From NCBI GenBank assembly GCA_026025075.1, contig JAPEUI010000067.1, forward strand, positions 62,001 to 98,431: DNA of 36,431 nucleotides. The letters are read 5' to 3'. Origin of the DNA: Vezdaea acicularis. Lineage: Eukaryota. Position numbers and translations under genes: made by a program. This document shows, one piece after another, positions 12,701-24,300 of this stretch; position 1 is the first letter of the stretch; the number at the start of each line of letters is the position of its first letter. Below the pieces are notes generated by a model that saw nothing but the letters and a program-made list of their open reading frames with translations, did not search any database and had not been told where the DNA came from.

Positions 12701-15547
12701 GCCCACTTTACGCCTTGACTCTCGAAAGTCAAGGCGTAAAACTTTGATGCTTACTATCCTCGCCCAGATCTTCTTCATCTTCGGCGTCTCTGCAAGTAAT
12801 CTTGCAAGGCGTACTTTAACAAATGGAGACGCCCATCTGTGACGGCCCCCCTCAATGGAGAAGACTTGAAACAAAACATTAGGGTCAGATGGCATTGTCA
12901 CCTTGACTTGGACCAGAGACGCCTTTACGTCAACAGCGATCAATTCCTTGGTGGTAATCCGACTTTCAACAACCGGTAGACTTGCGAGGGGACTCGAGAT
13001 AATCCGGTCTACGGCTATGTCTTTCTTGGCGCCGAGCTGTTCCTCGATATCGCGCCTTGTCCGGACAAAGGCCTTTCTTAGCTCCATCGTGGCAACACCA
13101 AATGCATAATGACGATAAAGTGAGTAATGAATATACAAGGTCCTCAAATGTGAGTTGATGTGAAAGATGGGTCCATTAGCATCTGTCGATGTAGAGCATG
13201 CGACTTCGAACCGAGGAAGTGAAAGGAATGGCTCCGGCTCCCAATTGTCCATACTCTCGACCACGAACGCCTCCAAACCATAGATGTGAAGTGCAAGCCG
13301 CCTCCCATCAGTAGGATTGGCTTGTTTCTTAGGTGATGGGGGGACAATCTTAAAAAATGCTTCATCGGGGTTTAAGGATCTGCTAGCACCACGACGCCTA
13401 CTCTGCCTTACCACTGGCGGTTCGACTTTCTGAGCTTTATATTCAGCAGTCCAAGACTCCAGCTGCACAGCCACACCGCGAGTATTCTGTGATATGTCTG
13501 GATCTATTCCTGCAACCTCAACGCCGAATCCGGAGCCTTGCAGTTGAAAGTGGAGTAACCACGCAGGCATAGTTCTGAGGAAATTCGGGGACTCTGAAGT
13601 CTTCGGACTCCCCATCTTAGTGGGTAGCACGTTGGTTCGTAGTTGCCTGACAATCTGACGAACTCCCTCGCTGATTTCCGGTCTGATCATGTGTACGGAA
13701 AAAGTCCGAAGTTCTCCAGATGCTACAACTCGCACCTCCGGATCGGCACTCACCTGCGTCTTGAGCTCTAATGCTTCTGTCTGGAGTAGGTTGTAGCGGA
13801 TTCCAGAAGAGGCCTGGTAATAAAGATGATGATTCATTATCCTGAAACTTGAAGCCAAGGAGTAATGAAGTTCCCCAGCCGCAGAGTGGGAGGATTCGAC
13901 GTCTAGAGATATTGACGAAATTGACGAAATCAAAAGATCAAAGTCCTTATCGGCCTTCCCTTGAGGCTCTGACGGTGGCAAAACGACCCTGACAACAGGC
14001 TCATGCACGGATATTTTCAGGTTGGCCTTTGGTAGTAGCCTAGATATCAGATGATGTCTGTCGCTTTTTACCGTGGTTTTTGATGATGTTTGACGAGATC
14101 GAAGTAATGCAAGCACTAGAGGTAGGTGCTTCGGATCGAGATCGAGTGATGGAGAGGTGACGACCATATTCGCAAACAGAATGTTCGCGTTTCTCTCGGC
14201 AGCGTTTGAATCCTCTGATGACTTTAGCGTCCGAGATGGTAGAGTGGTCTTGATTGTCGTCGTGGCCATTGGAACATATAGAAGCCTTTCCGCAGCGCCT
14301 TGCTCGTCATCCACACCCACTGATATCGATATTGCTGCTATCAAAGCCTGATGAGCCACATCTTTAGGTAAGAAGTACATTCGATGAGCAGGGCTCTTCT
14401 GGTCCAGGCGATGAAGATCAATACCAACCTCCTTCATTGCCATATTTAGGGTCAATGGTGAACCCCCGGGTTGAACGGAATATATGTTCTTCGTAACACC
14501 GACAAAGCTGACAGCGAATTGTACTTCTTTGATCCCACGAAGAATAGAGCTTGCAAATTCTTTCGAGTCCGAAACAGTCTGCACAATCTCTTCTTCCCGC
14601 GTCCCCGGCGTTCCAAGCTCTTCCATCACGTCAGATAACGAGATGTTCGACTCTTCCTGCATTGAACCACGAGCCCGATATGCGTTGAGACAGCGTTGGA
14701 ACCGTTTGGAACCTACTAGGATATCGTCGTATGGAATGTGGACACGGCCCAATTTCAGCGCAATTGATGCGTCTCGAAGACCGTCCATCTCTTGGTAAAG
14801 GATGCCGTGAACATTGAGTGCACAATGATCCAGTATTTCCAAGGACTCTTTCCCTTCGGGCGTGAAAAGGACACTTCGAACAGTGAGCATCCATTCGGCA
14901 GGCCTCTGACCAGGGATGTTCGATCTTCGCGGATGGAACAGCCTTCCTCGGTCGACTGTCTTCCGCCGTGTATCGACAGCAAGCGTGAAGCTGCCTACTT
15001 GAACATATCCAATATCCGTTACTGTGCATGTCATATTTGTAGCTACTAGGTCTACCATTCTTATCCATTTTATCTTCCTATGTAGCCGCTTTATTTTGTT
15101 TTTTGCATTAGTCAATCTTTCCCAGGTACGACTTCGCGGATAAGCCGTACTAATGCGGCGTTTCGAAGGAGCTCTTGTGGTGGGCCCTTTCTCGATGGCA
15201 CAGTGTGGACCGTCCGCGTCCCCTATCGTTCCATTCTCTTTGAGAGCCGCATCTAAGTCCTGTTCGCCGCCCAAGACTTTCAGATCTACCGTCACTTGTA
15301 ACTCCTCTAAGACAATACTCAGCCAAGTCGGCTGAGAGAAGGTCGGCCGATGTAGGACCAATCCAAGACCCCGTATCTCAATCTTGACTCCATCTCTTAA
15401 GGTATAAGCAATGTGGCGCAAAGAAAAGTACCCGACTCTCTGTATGGAGATTCCCGTGACGATGCGCAAGATCGCGAAGACGATGAAGGATGATAGATAT
15501 AAAAGCACCAAGACCCCGAAAATGAAGGTTGGGTTGATGAGTGCCAT
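6768..15547 (-). CDS. FMP27: Bridge-like lipid transfer protein FMP27/Hob1 (BLTP2/Hobbit/SABRE family), ~2909 aa; exons 15547-6879 and 6828-6768
   Basis: N-terminal TM anchor, then the Fmp27 signatures SWKKRID (SW), DRVGFWDKIRL (GFWDK), FWPPWVPLE (WPPW) and a C-terminal Apt1-like region (MISRASNYMTLAYVKIPSVVLCLSYKG...NKTWSNLDLA). A 50-nt intron at 6878-6829 (GTAAGA...GCTAAC...AAG) adds the terminal exon SHRRKRKLLLGKRFLGSANQ*. Confidence 0.93.
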
Positions 15548-16414
15548 CTTGAAGGCCGCTCCATTCAGAGTTCTCCCTAAAGTACTTCGTATTGCTTATC
15601 GCAGTGGCTCTACCCCGGTAGAGAGTATCTCTAGAGCTCTCATAATCCCCCCTACGAACGAGCTCCTTTCATCGAGTGCTGGGGAACATCTCATCCTAGC
15701 ATATCTAGACAACAGGACCACTCCAAGAAGGATGGTCTACTATCAGGAGAGTTGCGCCAACTCACGAGCTGGTCCAAAGTAGTGGACGGTCGATTTGAGA
15801 TCTCGGCAAGTTTCTTGAAGGGTCTATCCGCGTCCTGCCGAATCGTGTGGGAGGTGTGCTAGACCAATTGGTTAATAGAATGTTTTGAGGAATGATAAAG
15901 AGGTAATGATCTTGGAGAGCCGTCAAAGTGATCAATTGTGGATGCGCAGTTCCTGTGGCGGGAGGTTCGTGAAGGTGAATTCGTAATCCTGTATTCATGG
16001 GAAACGCCGGATTGGGTCCAAGGATTTGTCGGGGATGGAGGCGAGATCTCGCTTCCGCCAATCTCCAGGCCAGGTTGGGGCATTCCTTCGCCCTATGGCT
16101 TGTAGAATACCTCATATAATCATTGCAACGCTCGAATGGATGACGAGACACTCTATAGACTCGCTCGAATGCTTGGCAGGACTAAAGCGGGAACTTTTCA
16201 GGAAGGGTCATGTCTCAGCGCTATCCAAGTCAACCAAGTGGTCATGACTAGAGGTGGATAGAAAACATGTGAATGCATAATCCTTAAGATCATTGCAAGT
16301 CTTCACTTGAGACTATCTAGCTCGCTTCGACGCCACCACTTACTCTACAGTTCCAACAGAGCCATTACTCAACCTAATTATACAAAGAGCTTATCATATC
16401 CTGAAGTCCTCCTT

Positions 16415-17977
16415 TCAAGAAAACCGTTTCTCGAACTCCCGAAGGCGTCGCCTATCCTTAATTGCAACATAATAGGTCCCGGGCGCGCTAGTCCAGCTGA
16501 CGCAGTTGGAGAAGTAGTACTTTTCGGTTACATTGAGCAAGTTGACTGGTGAATTGAAATTTCGAGATGTGATCTTATGGTCGTGCGGGACGAACGACTT
16601 TAACGAGACTATTTGGCACCCTTCCTTCAAGTCGAGGAACAGATTCATCAGCTCGTTATTGAGGTTGGGTGTGAAAGCTTGGTTGTTCACTAAGACCACA
16701 TCAGCCTTCTGGAGAATTTTGCCTGTCGGGATATTTCTCAGAAAGTCGCCACGTTCGAGGTGAACCTTTCCCGGATTCAGGCCCCAAAGGCAACAGCGTG
16801 CTTTGAATTCCTGCTCTTGAAGCTCTGCAAGATCACAAGCATTATCCATCATCTCACAGCCCCAGCTCTCGCATCCAATTTCCAAGGCAGCTTGCAGGAC
16901 AACATTTCCGACACCAGAGCCAAGGTCAACGAAGACTTTATCAGACTTGAGGTTTGTTTCGTGTAGTATCTTTGACACAAATCTTGGCAGGAGCTCCCCA
17001 TAAACGTTATCTGTTCCGTTCTCATATTTTTTCAATGAATTGACCTTAAGGGAGACTGTGCGAGCGTAGGTCTGGTTCAATACTCGTTCAACCCACTCGA
17101 GTGGAATATGATGAAGCTTTGCAAGATGGCCAGATATTGTCCCGTTCGATCGAAGTACCGCAAGCGATTTATTGTAATCGTCAAGCGCATCTTTGAAATC
17201 ATGCCCCACTCCCTGAGCAACAGCCCTCGTCATTCTACGGTGATAGCCGTTAGTATCATCTAGAAAGTTCTCTGCGGGGCCTTCTGGAAGATAATGCGTA
17301 GGGACTAGTGCCGTTGTTTGAAGGATATCTTCCACCGGATCGAACTCATCTCGTTCGAGGGGCCTGAGTAATTCAAATCTAGACAGGGATCAGGATGATT
17401 TGCTTGAGTCAGTGGTACGCGGCACTAACCTTTCCCTTTGAGAACATCCCGGGTATTCCAAGTGTACCTCAAGATTATGTGACAGGTCCTTGAATTTAGG
17501 TTCATATTTGGTTCCGCCCACTATCGATGCGATCTGCGCACCATGCACATAAACCAGGCTTTCATCATCCGTCATGGCTGGATCTGCCAGCAGATTCCTC
17601 GTCGTATCTTCTCTAGGCGGAAGGATGCTTGTCTTCACCCTTTTCCTAGCGAAGAGATCATCATCATCATCGTTTTCGTCACTGCTCGACTCCAATCGCT
17701 GCTCTACAGCGCGAGGTCTTTTGCGAGTATTTTTGTGTGTCGCAAGTCCAGCGGTTTCAGGGGTAGGCCGAGGGGGCTTTGCGTTCAGGCCTTTTTGGTT
17801 GTGCGTAGCCTGTGGAGTTCCTTTGCGCCGTGACAATGTAGTCTTATCATTACTCGGCAGCTTGGATGCAGTGGGTCGAGTCGCTGTTGTGGAGCCAACA
17901 ACTTCTTTCCGGACTATCGCAACTTTCTGCTTGATAGCAGTCTTGTTACCCTTATGTAAGTGGTCGAAAAACCCCAT
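16415..17977 (-). CDS. dot1: Histone H3K79 methyltransferase Dot1, ~503 aa; exons 17977-17430 and 17378-16415
   Basis: Starts MGFFDHL, followed by a basic/charged N-terminal region. Intron 17429-17379 (GTTAGT...CTGAT...TAG) joins [11 protein letters not shown] to FELL. DOT1 SAM-binding motifs: [57 protein letters not shown]. Confidence 0.95.
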
Positions 17978-18926
17978 TCCGCCCAACTTTGATCACTTTT
18001 GCGCAACTTGCTCAGTGGCCAGAATGCAAGTCTTTGTCCAGCTACAGATATACGTAATGCAGTAGAGGTTTGGAACTTCGTAAGGAAGACCAGAGTAGGC
18101 GTAGTGTAAGCCTGAAGGTAATGAGCGTGGAGAATCTAACAGAATGGCCCACGGCTCTTAAAATTCGTAGAAATTGAAGTAGTTGATATTAAGGTGGTGG
18201 GTCTACAAGGCCATAATTTCTTTATCACGCGACGCCAGGTGATGCAAGCATGCAAGGGCAGCCACCGGCAGAACCAGGGTTAGTTTTGAGCCTCACATCG
18301 TGACTCCCGGAAGGAGAAACCATTGGGCGTTGGTCAGAGATCACATATTGTTCACATTTTAGCAGGTATGATAGTGGTATTATTTTAAAAAGACATTATA
18401 TTATAGTCATGTCAAGTCGAGTCCCGTGACTTCTCAAGTCTACTTCTTAGCAGTGAAGACCCGCAGGGCTACGTGTTGTAGGGCTAGCATCTGCAGCAAA
18501 AACCCCTCAAAAGTCCCACGTCCATTGGATGTGGGTTGCTGGTCGTAAACGCGTTCGATGTGGTTTCATGTATTTGCAAGGATGGTGCAGCAATGAAATC
18601 AGCGCGCTGTGCGATTGAATGGTTTCAAAGCTTGAACCGAGGCGAAAACGTCAAGCGCGGAGGCCCCGTTTTAAATCCCTCCATAATAAGCAACGCGCTG
18701 ACACTACACACGAACGCTCGCACAGCCGCAGGCAGAATGGGTCGTGTTCTAGATAAGACTGGAAGCTGACAGCTCACGACTCCACGATTATTACGCAAAA
18801 CCTTCTGAATCAACAATTCTCACCTGCCCGTCCTGAGCTCATAAAGTACCTCTTTTTGTCCCACGTTCACTATATTTTGCAAAATTCGACAATACCTCTA
18901 GTCATACGTTCCCCAACTTTCAAACA

Positions 18927-20382
18927 ATGAACGAATCCAGTTCTACAGCTGCAGCTTCGCAGCCCGTCGCGATACCAGACCGATCAGCTGCCGAAAATAC
19001 TTTGCCCACAGCCAGAGCAACCTTGCCTCTTTCGGTGGGAGCTAAGAGTCTAAGAAGTGGCCATCTCAATCTCGACACCTTCTCGCTGGTCAACCAGAAC
19101 GGAAGTTTCGAATTCGACCGCGTTCTCAAGAGCGGAGAGGTATACAAAAGAACCCGCAAAACAAAAGTGTGTAGCTCAGTAGACGCAGCGAAACTGCAAA
19201 TATGCTCACAATCAATAGGCTTGGAAACCAGTCTATCTCGTCCTTCGACCAAACCTTCTGTCCATCTACAAAGACCCCCAAGAATCCAAACTGCGACACC
19301 AAATCAACCTCTCGGACCTAACAGCCGTCGCCGTCCAAAAGGATAGGAAGCAAAAGCGCCAACATGTCTTCGGGCTATTCTCCCCCTCGCGGAATTACCA
19401 TCTCGAGGCCTCCTCCGCCGCTGAGCTGCGCGCATGGGTCGAGCTCATCCGGCAAGAAGCGCGCATCGACGAAGAAGAGCAAGAGATGAACCTAGCCAGC
19501 CCCGGCGGGCACGATGGGACTTACAAGGGCTTCGAGCGGCACATGCAGCACTTCCAACGGCAACAGCAACAACAGCAGCAACAACTCTCCCACCACGAGC
19601 ATGAACGCTTCGGCTCGAGCTCCCCCGAGCCAACAGACCTCCCGCTACCCCTTCGCACGACCAAGACACGAGACGGCATCCGCATCCCTTCCCTCCCCCG
19701 CCCCTCTTCGCGCATCTTCGAGCATTCCGGCAACGAGATGAGCTCCTTCTCCGACCTGTCCGACGCGCCGGGCCGAGCAGGCTACCGAGAATCCTCCCTC
19801 TCGCTCTCACAGCCCGAGCAGTACGACCTGCACGAACCACTAACTTCCCCTCCACAACACCCAAGCACCGACGCCCCACCAAACCCCCAGATCCACCGCA
19901 GCGCCAGCCAAACCAGCGACCTCAACCTGCCCCACACGGCCGACGAGCGCGTCGTCTGGCAAGGCCACCTACAATACCTGCGCTCCAAAGGCGGAGTGCG
20001 CCAATGGAAACGGTCCTGGGTAGTCCTCCGACCGAAAAACCTCGCATTCTACAAAAACGACGACGAATACCGCGCCCACCTCCTCATCCCCCTTTCCACC
20101 ATCCTCAGCGCCGTCGAAATCGATCCTATCTCCAAGACGAAGCGCCATTGCATGCAGATCATCGTTGAAGATAAGAGTTATCGCTTCTGTGCCCCCGATG
20201 AGGCGGCCCTGGAGAAGTGGCTCGGGTGTCTTAAGAGTTTGCTCGCGAAGAGGAGGGAGCGTGAGAAGGAGAGGGAGAGAGCTGATGCTGCTGGTGTTAG
20301 TACTGCTGCTGCTGCGACGAATGGCACAGGAGTAGCGACAGGAATAACATCTATACCCACAACCGGAACCGCACAGCCATAA
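18927..20382 (+). CDS. OPY1: Tandem PH-domain protein (Opy1-like), 467 aa; exons 18927-19166 and 19219-20382
   Basis: The conserved LDTFSLVNQNGSFEFDRVLKSGEVYKRTRKTK is spliced (GTGTGT...GCTCAC...TAG) to AWKPVYLVLRPNLLSIYKD (PH1). PH2 reads WQGHLQYLRSKGGVRQWKRSWVVLRPKNLAFYK...WLGCLKSLL. A poly-Q and Ser/Pro-rich linker separates the two domains. Confidence 0.85.
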
Positions 20383-20734
20383 CACCTCCTCAACAGGGCG
20401 AGCTTCGAGGGGAATCATACCCTCATCCTTTTCTCATATACCCTTCCACATCTCCCCCCGCGACTTATCCCACAAACCCCATCCCCACAATTTTTCTCTC
20501 CGGGACCTACCTCCCTTCTTTCACAGCGGGCGCGTGTTCAGGGGGCGTTCTATCTCACATCACTTCCGGCGTTATTGGACTTTCTCCCTCACCTTATGTA
20601 TATGCCGCGCTAACAGCTCCATCTATCGCCCTTCCCCCATATCGTACATGTGTCTGTGTATGTGGGATTTGGGAGTGTTAGGGGCGTGGCCGGTACGTAG
20701 CGTGGGCGGGATGCGGTTCTTTGTATATTAAATA

Positions 20735-20745
20735 CCCCCTCCCCC

Positions 20746-20793
<48 letters not shown>
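20735..20793 (+). repeat. Poly-C tract (C5-T-C5-T-C47)
   Basis: Directly visible homopolymer between the convergent OPY1 and ppo-like genes. Confidence 0.95.
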
Positions 20794-20867
20794 AGGCCCC
20801 TCCGGCAGCCCGGAGGTTCTGTATCAGGGGTATCTAGGCCAGTGGTGGGTGGGCGAGCGGAGTATTA

Positions 20868-20897
20868 TATCTATCTATCTATCTATATCTATTTATC
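20868..20897. repeat. Short (TATC)4 microsatellite with degenerate extension
   Basis: tatctatctatctatctatatctatttatc. Confidence 0.7.
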
Positions 20898-21344
20898 TGG
20901 TATTATCGTTCCCATCAAGATCGATGGAAGCCGTCTGCGCGTACCAGAGAAGAGGGAAACAGGTGGTCGCATGAGCCAAAGTTCCTATCCTCCCCCTTGG
21001 CCTCTTCCCCCTTAGACCTCGAGTTCTGGGCTGCCATGCACGATAGGAAGGTTCAGACGGAGTAAATGGTCTTCGTATATTGACGAGAAGCTATATAGTT
21101 GCGAGATGCGACCGAGCTTGCCGCTAAGACCAGACAGACGATAGGCTACAAGTTACAACCTTACAAAGTCCTTTCAGCAATAACCAGCTAATTATGATTT
21201 CATCCTAGCACCAACATCCAGCAATAACATATATCGAGTATCACGTATTAATGCGCTGGTCGCCTCATGATCGAGGAATACGACGATCTGACAGCTACGC
21301 GAGTTCTACAACAGCCATACAAAGTAGCGAGATACACGTGGGCT

Positions 21345-24300
21345 CTAGTCGACATGAAGCACGTTGCCCGTGCCCGTGCCCGTGCCCTGTCTAGGTTGAT
21401 ACACGCCGTCACCGAGGCCGTCGAATCTGAGGTTCCAGGCTATAGCACAATTCAGGAGTCAGCACTAGCACTAGATTTTGGTCTTGTGCTGTGTTAAACG
21501 GAGATGCTCACTTGTAGGGAACGGCACGAGCTCGTCCCACTGGATAGTGAGATAGCTTTTGTAGCCCGCTGGGTCATGTGGCGTCCTTGCCGTCTTCAAT
21601 TCTCCCATCTGGTCGTGCGCCCAGCGAAGTCTCTTCAGCTTCGCAGCGTGTTTGATCATTCCAGTCAGAGCGATGATAGTGAGATGCTTCATGTCGAAGT
21701 TATCTCCCTTCTTGTGCCCGTATACGAGGTATTTACCAAGATCACGAGTAAGGTCGATTTCACCAGGACTGGGAAACGCTTTCTCGTTTTGCTGTGCTTT
21801 TTGCTTCGGAAATTATTAGCTTTGCACGAATAGGAATAAGACTCGCTCGAAGCAGTAATACTTCGCAGTGAGGGACTACGGGGTTAAGGGGCTCATACCA
21901 CGTCGAGTAGCAAGACATCCCCTTTCTTCCATGGCTTCATTATCTTCAGTTGCTCGGTAGTCAATGTTACCTCCGTGCTGTGACTCCCTGTGTACACGCG
22001 GGTGAGGGGGATGTCAAGCTCAAGGCGCTGAGCTTCCAACACATAATGTTTGATCACGTCATCAGTGGCGGATGTATCTTTACGCGCAAGGCGATGGATC
22101 GACTTCCAATCAGTTGGCCTTCCAATGAAGAAGGCGATGACTTTTGTGAACTGAGAAAGTCAGCACGTTTAAATGAAACGAGTGTAAAGGAAAGAAGGAA
22201 CTGACTGCAAGAATCGTCTTGTGCGCAGCTTCTAAAGTTGCCACTAGAAGCATTGCGGCCGCCTCCTCATTCGTCCGCTTCCGTTTGAGGCACCTCGATA
22301 GCTCAGTAGCAAATTCTCTTAGTTTCTTGACTTCCTTGGTCTCATCTGCAGTCCCGTAAGATCGGCCAGTCAGAAACTCAAAGAATCGTCGTTGTGCTCG
22401 AGCCATTCCTCTCTCTGCCTTTTCCTTTAAGAACTTGATGGAATCTCTGAAAGCAATATGGCGCTTCCATGTCGTCGTTTCGTCCGAGTTGTAGGACAGG
22501 AATTTCTGAACGTTGTTAATATGCTGGTAGATCTCATTCTCGTCATATTCTCGATTTGGATATTTCTTGGTCTTGACAAGATCCCCAAAGCCAAGGAGGT
22601 CGGCGACGAACCTAGTCATCACCGGGATAGCGTAGCTATTGAGTTGCTGTAAGCATTTATTCCATGGTCGAGCAATCTGCTGAGGGTCGAACAAGGGCAA
22701 AGGGCTTCGGGCTCAAAGTAAATACCATGGGATTGTACGAAATAGATCACATACTCTTTAATGATATCAATCTGGTAGACTTGCCCGGCATCCGTCCATT
22801 GGAATGCACGTTCCTCTCTTTCCCGAATCTCCCTGGACATCTCAACAAAGTAGGCTAAGAATAGAGCTTGCTCCTTGCCGGTCACGAGTTTGGCAAGGAC
22901 GCCGGCAGTCTCATCGCGAAGCACTCCCCTACCTGCTAAGATCTCTCGTAGCGGCCCTTTCTCAATTGAGTCCTCGTCAAGAAGGCCTATATTGACGTAT
23001 CGGGACTTGTTCTTGCCGAGAATTTCGTTCTGAATGATGCTATAGTCCGATACTTGTATCGGATCTGGACGTTTAGCCACGTTCATCTTGACAATCTCCT
23101 TGAGCTCTTCAGAATGTGTTTTGTAGTATCCCACATTCTTACGCAGGCCTCGTGACGCTAAATTCTCTAACTCTGCCAGGTGGTTCTGTTCCGAGGCTAG
23201 CAGTACGTTCATTGCTGGAGTATGAAATGGTTCCCATAGGTGGATTGAATTGAACTTAAAGTAGCCTGGGAAGGCACGTTGGATGAGCCGGTGAAATACA
23301 GAGCCCTTGAGAATACTAGGATCAGATGACACTTCGCGCATCCCCCATGCCGTAAGGGAGCCGACGTTCCAGTCCTATCAACAAGAGGGGGATGTTAGCG
23401 CGGTAAGCAGTACACTGGTATGTTAGAAGTAAATGAACCCTGTCCTCGGAGCCCTGAAAGCACCACATTGCGTAGAGTGCCCATTGCCGCGTATGTGTAA
23501 TGTGATGCTTGGAGAGTGTACCAGATATTTACTTCAATCATTGGGTCAAAGTGTTGCTTACTGTGGTATAGAAACGGTCAGAGCGGACCAGAGTCACGGC
23601 GTCTGAAAATATACATCTCCATAAAGCCGTCCCCTTGTCATTTGGACAACTTGTTCCCGGGTCCAAGCAACGCCCATCGCCCTCACAGAAAAGTCCTGGA
23701 TACAACTCTATCATATCGGGATCTTCATATAGCTTCCGAAGAGCTCGCTGAATCTTTGGGTCCGTGTTAATGTCTTCGAAAATCTCGTGCCGAGGAAGTC
23801 CGAAGAATTCACGAAAGTCATTCAAGGTTGCGATCTCCCTGCAACCATAGCAGTCAGCAGTCAATTCCTCAACCCCTCAACATAGGGATGAGCTCTAATG
23901 GAGACTTGTTGATACACCGATCGAGGCATGATAACTAACCATTTGCGAGCCTGATGAATGCCATCAATCTCAACTTGCCTCAACGCCTTAGGCGTATTCA
24001 TTGCGCCAAATCGACCTATCCTTTATCAGCGGATCTATCTTCCACGATAGAAGCAAAGTTATAATCATGAGGCAAGAGAAAAGAGAGGCCGTACAAATAG
24101 GGTCCTCGATAGACTCTACGAGGTGTTCCACCAGCTTATCATCATCATATTTCCCAGTGGCATTATTTCTTGCATAAGATATATAAGCCGGCTGCGGTTT
24201 AGCGTTGCCCGAATTCCCTCTTGGGCCATGCATCATTTTCTTCATGGCCTCGGCTTGGTCATCAATCCAATTTGAATCTCTCTTAGAGAGCGGGCTATGA

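Noticed and set aside
7167..15782. Many 60-145 aa ORFs overlapping or antisense to FMP27 (likewise within cdt2, dot1, OPY1 and ppo)
   Set aside because: Shadow ORFs of long coding sequences, with no independent motifs or splice support.
15762..16151. 129-aa ORF between dot1 and FMP27
   Set aside because: Non-ATG start, no recognisable domain, and located in the FMP27 promoter / dot1 terminator region.
18276..18284. Telomere-like AGGGTTAG; search for a telomerase RNA template or other structured RNA genes
   Set aside because: Only a single partial repeat. By eye I found no 1.5-repeat TAACCCTAA template and no tRNA, 5S, snRNA or RNase P/MRP signature anywhere in the window. An Rfam/tRNAscan run would be decisive.
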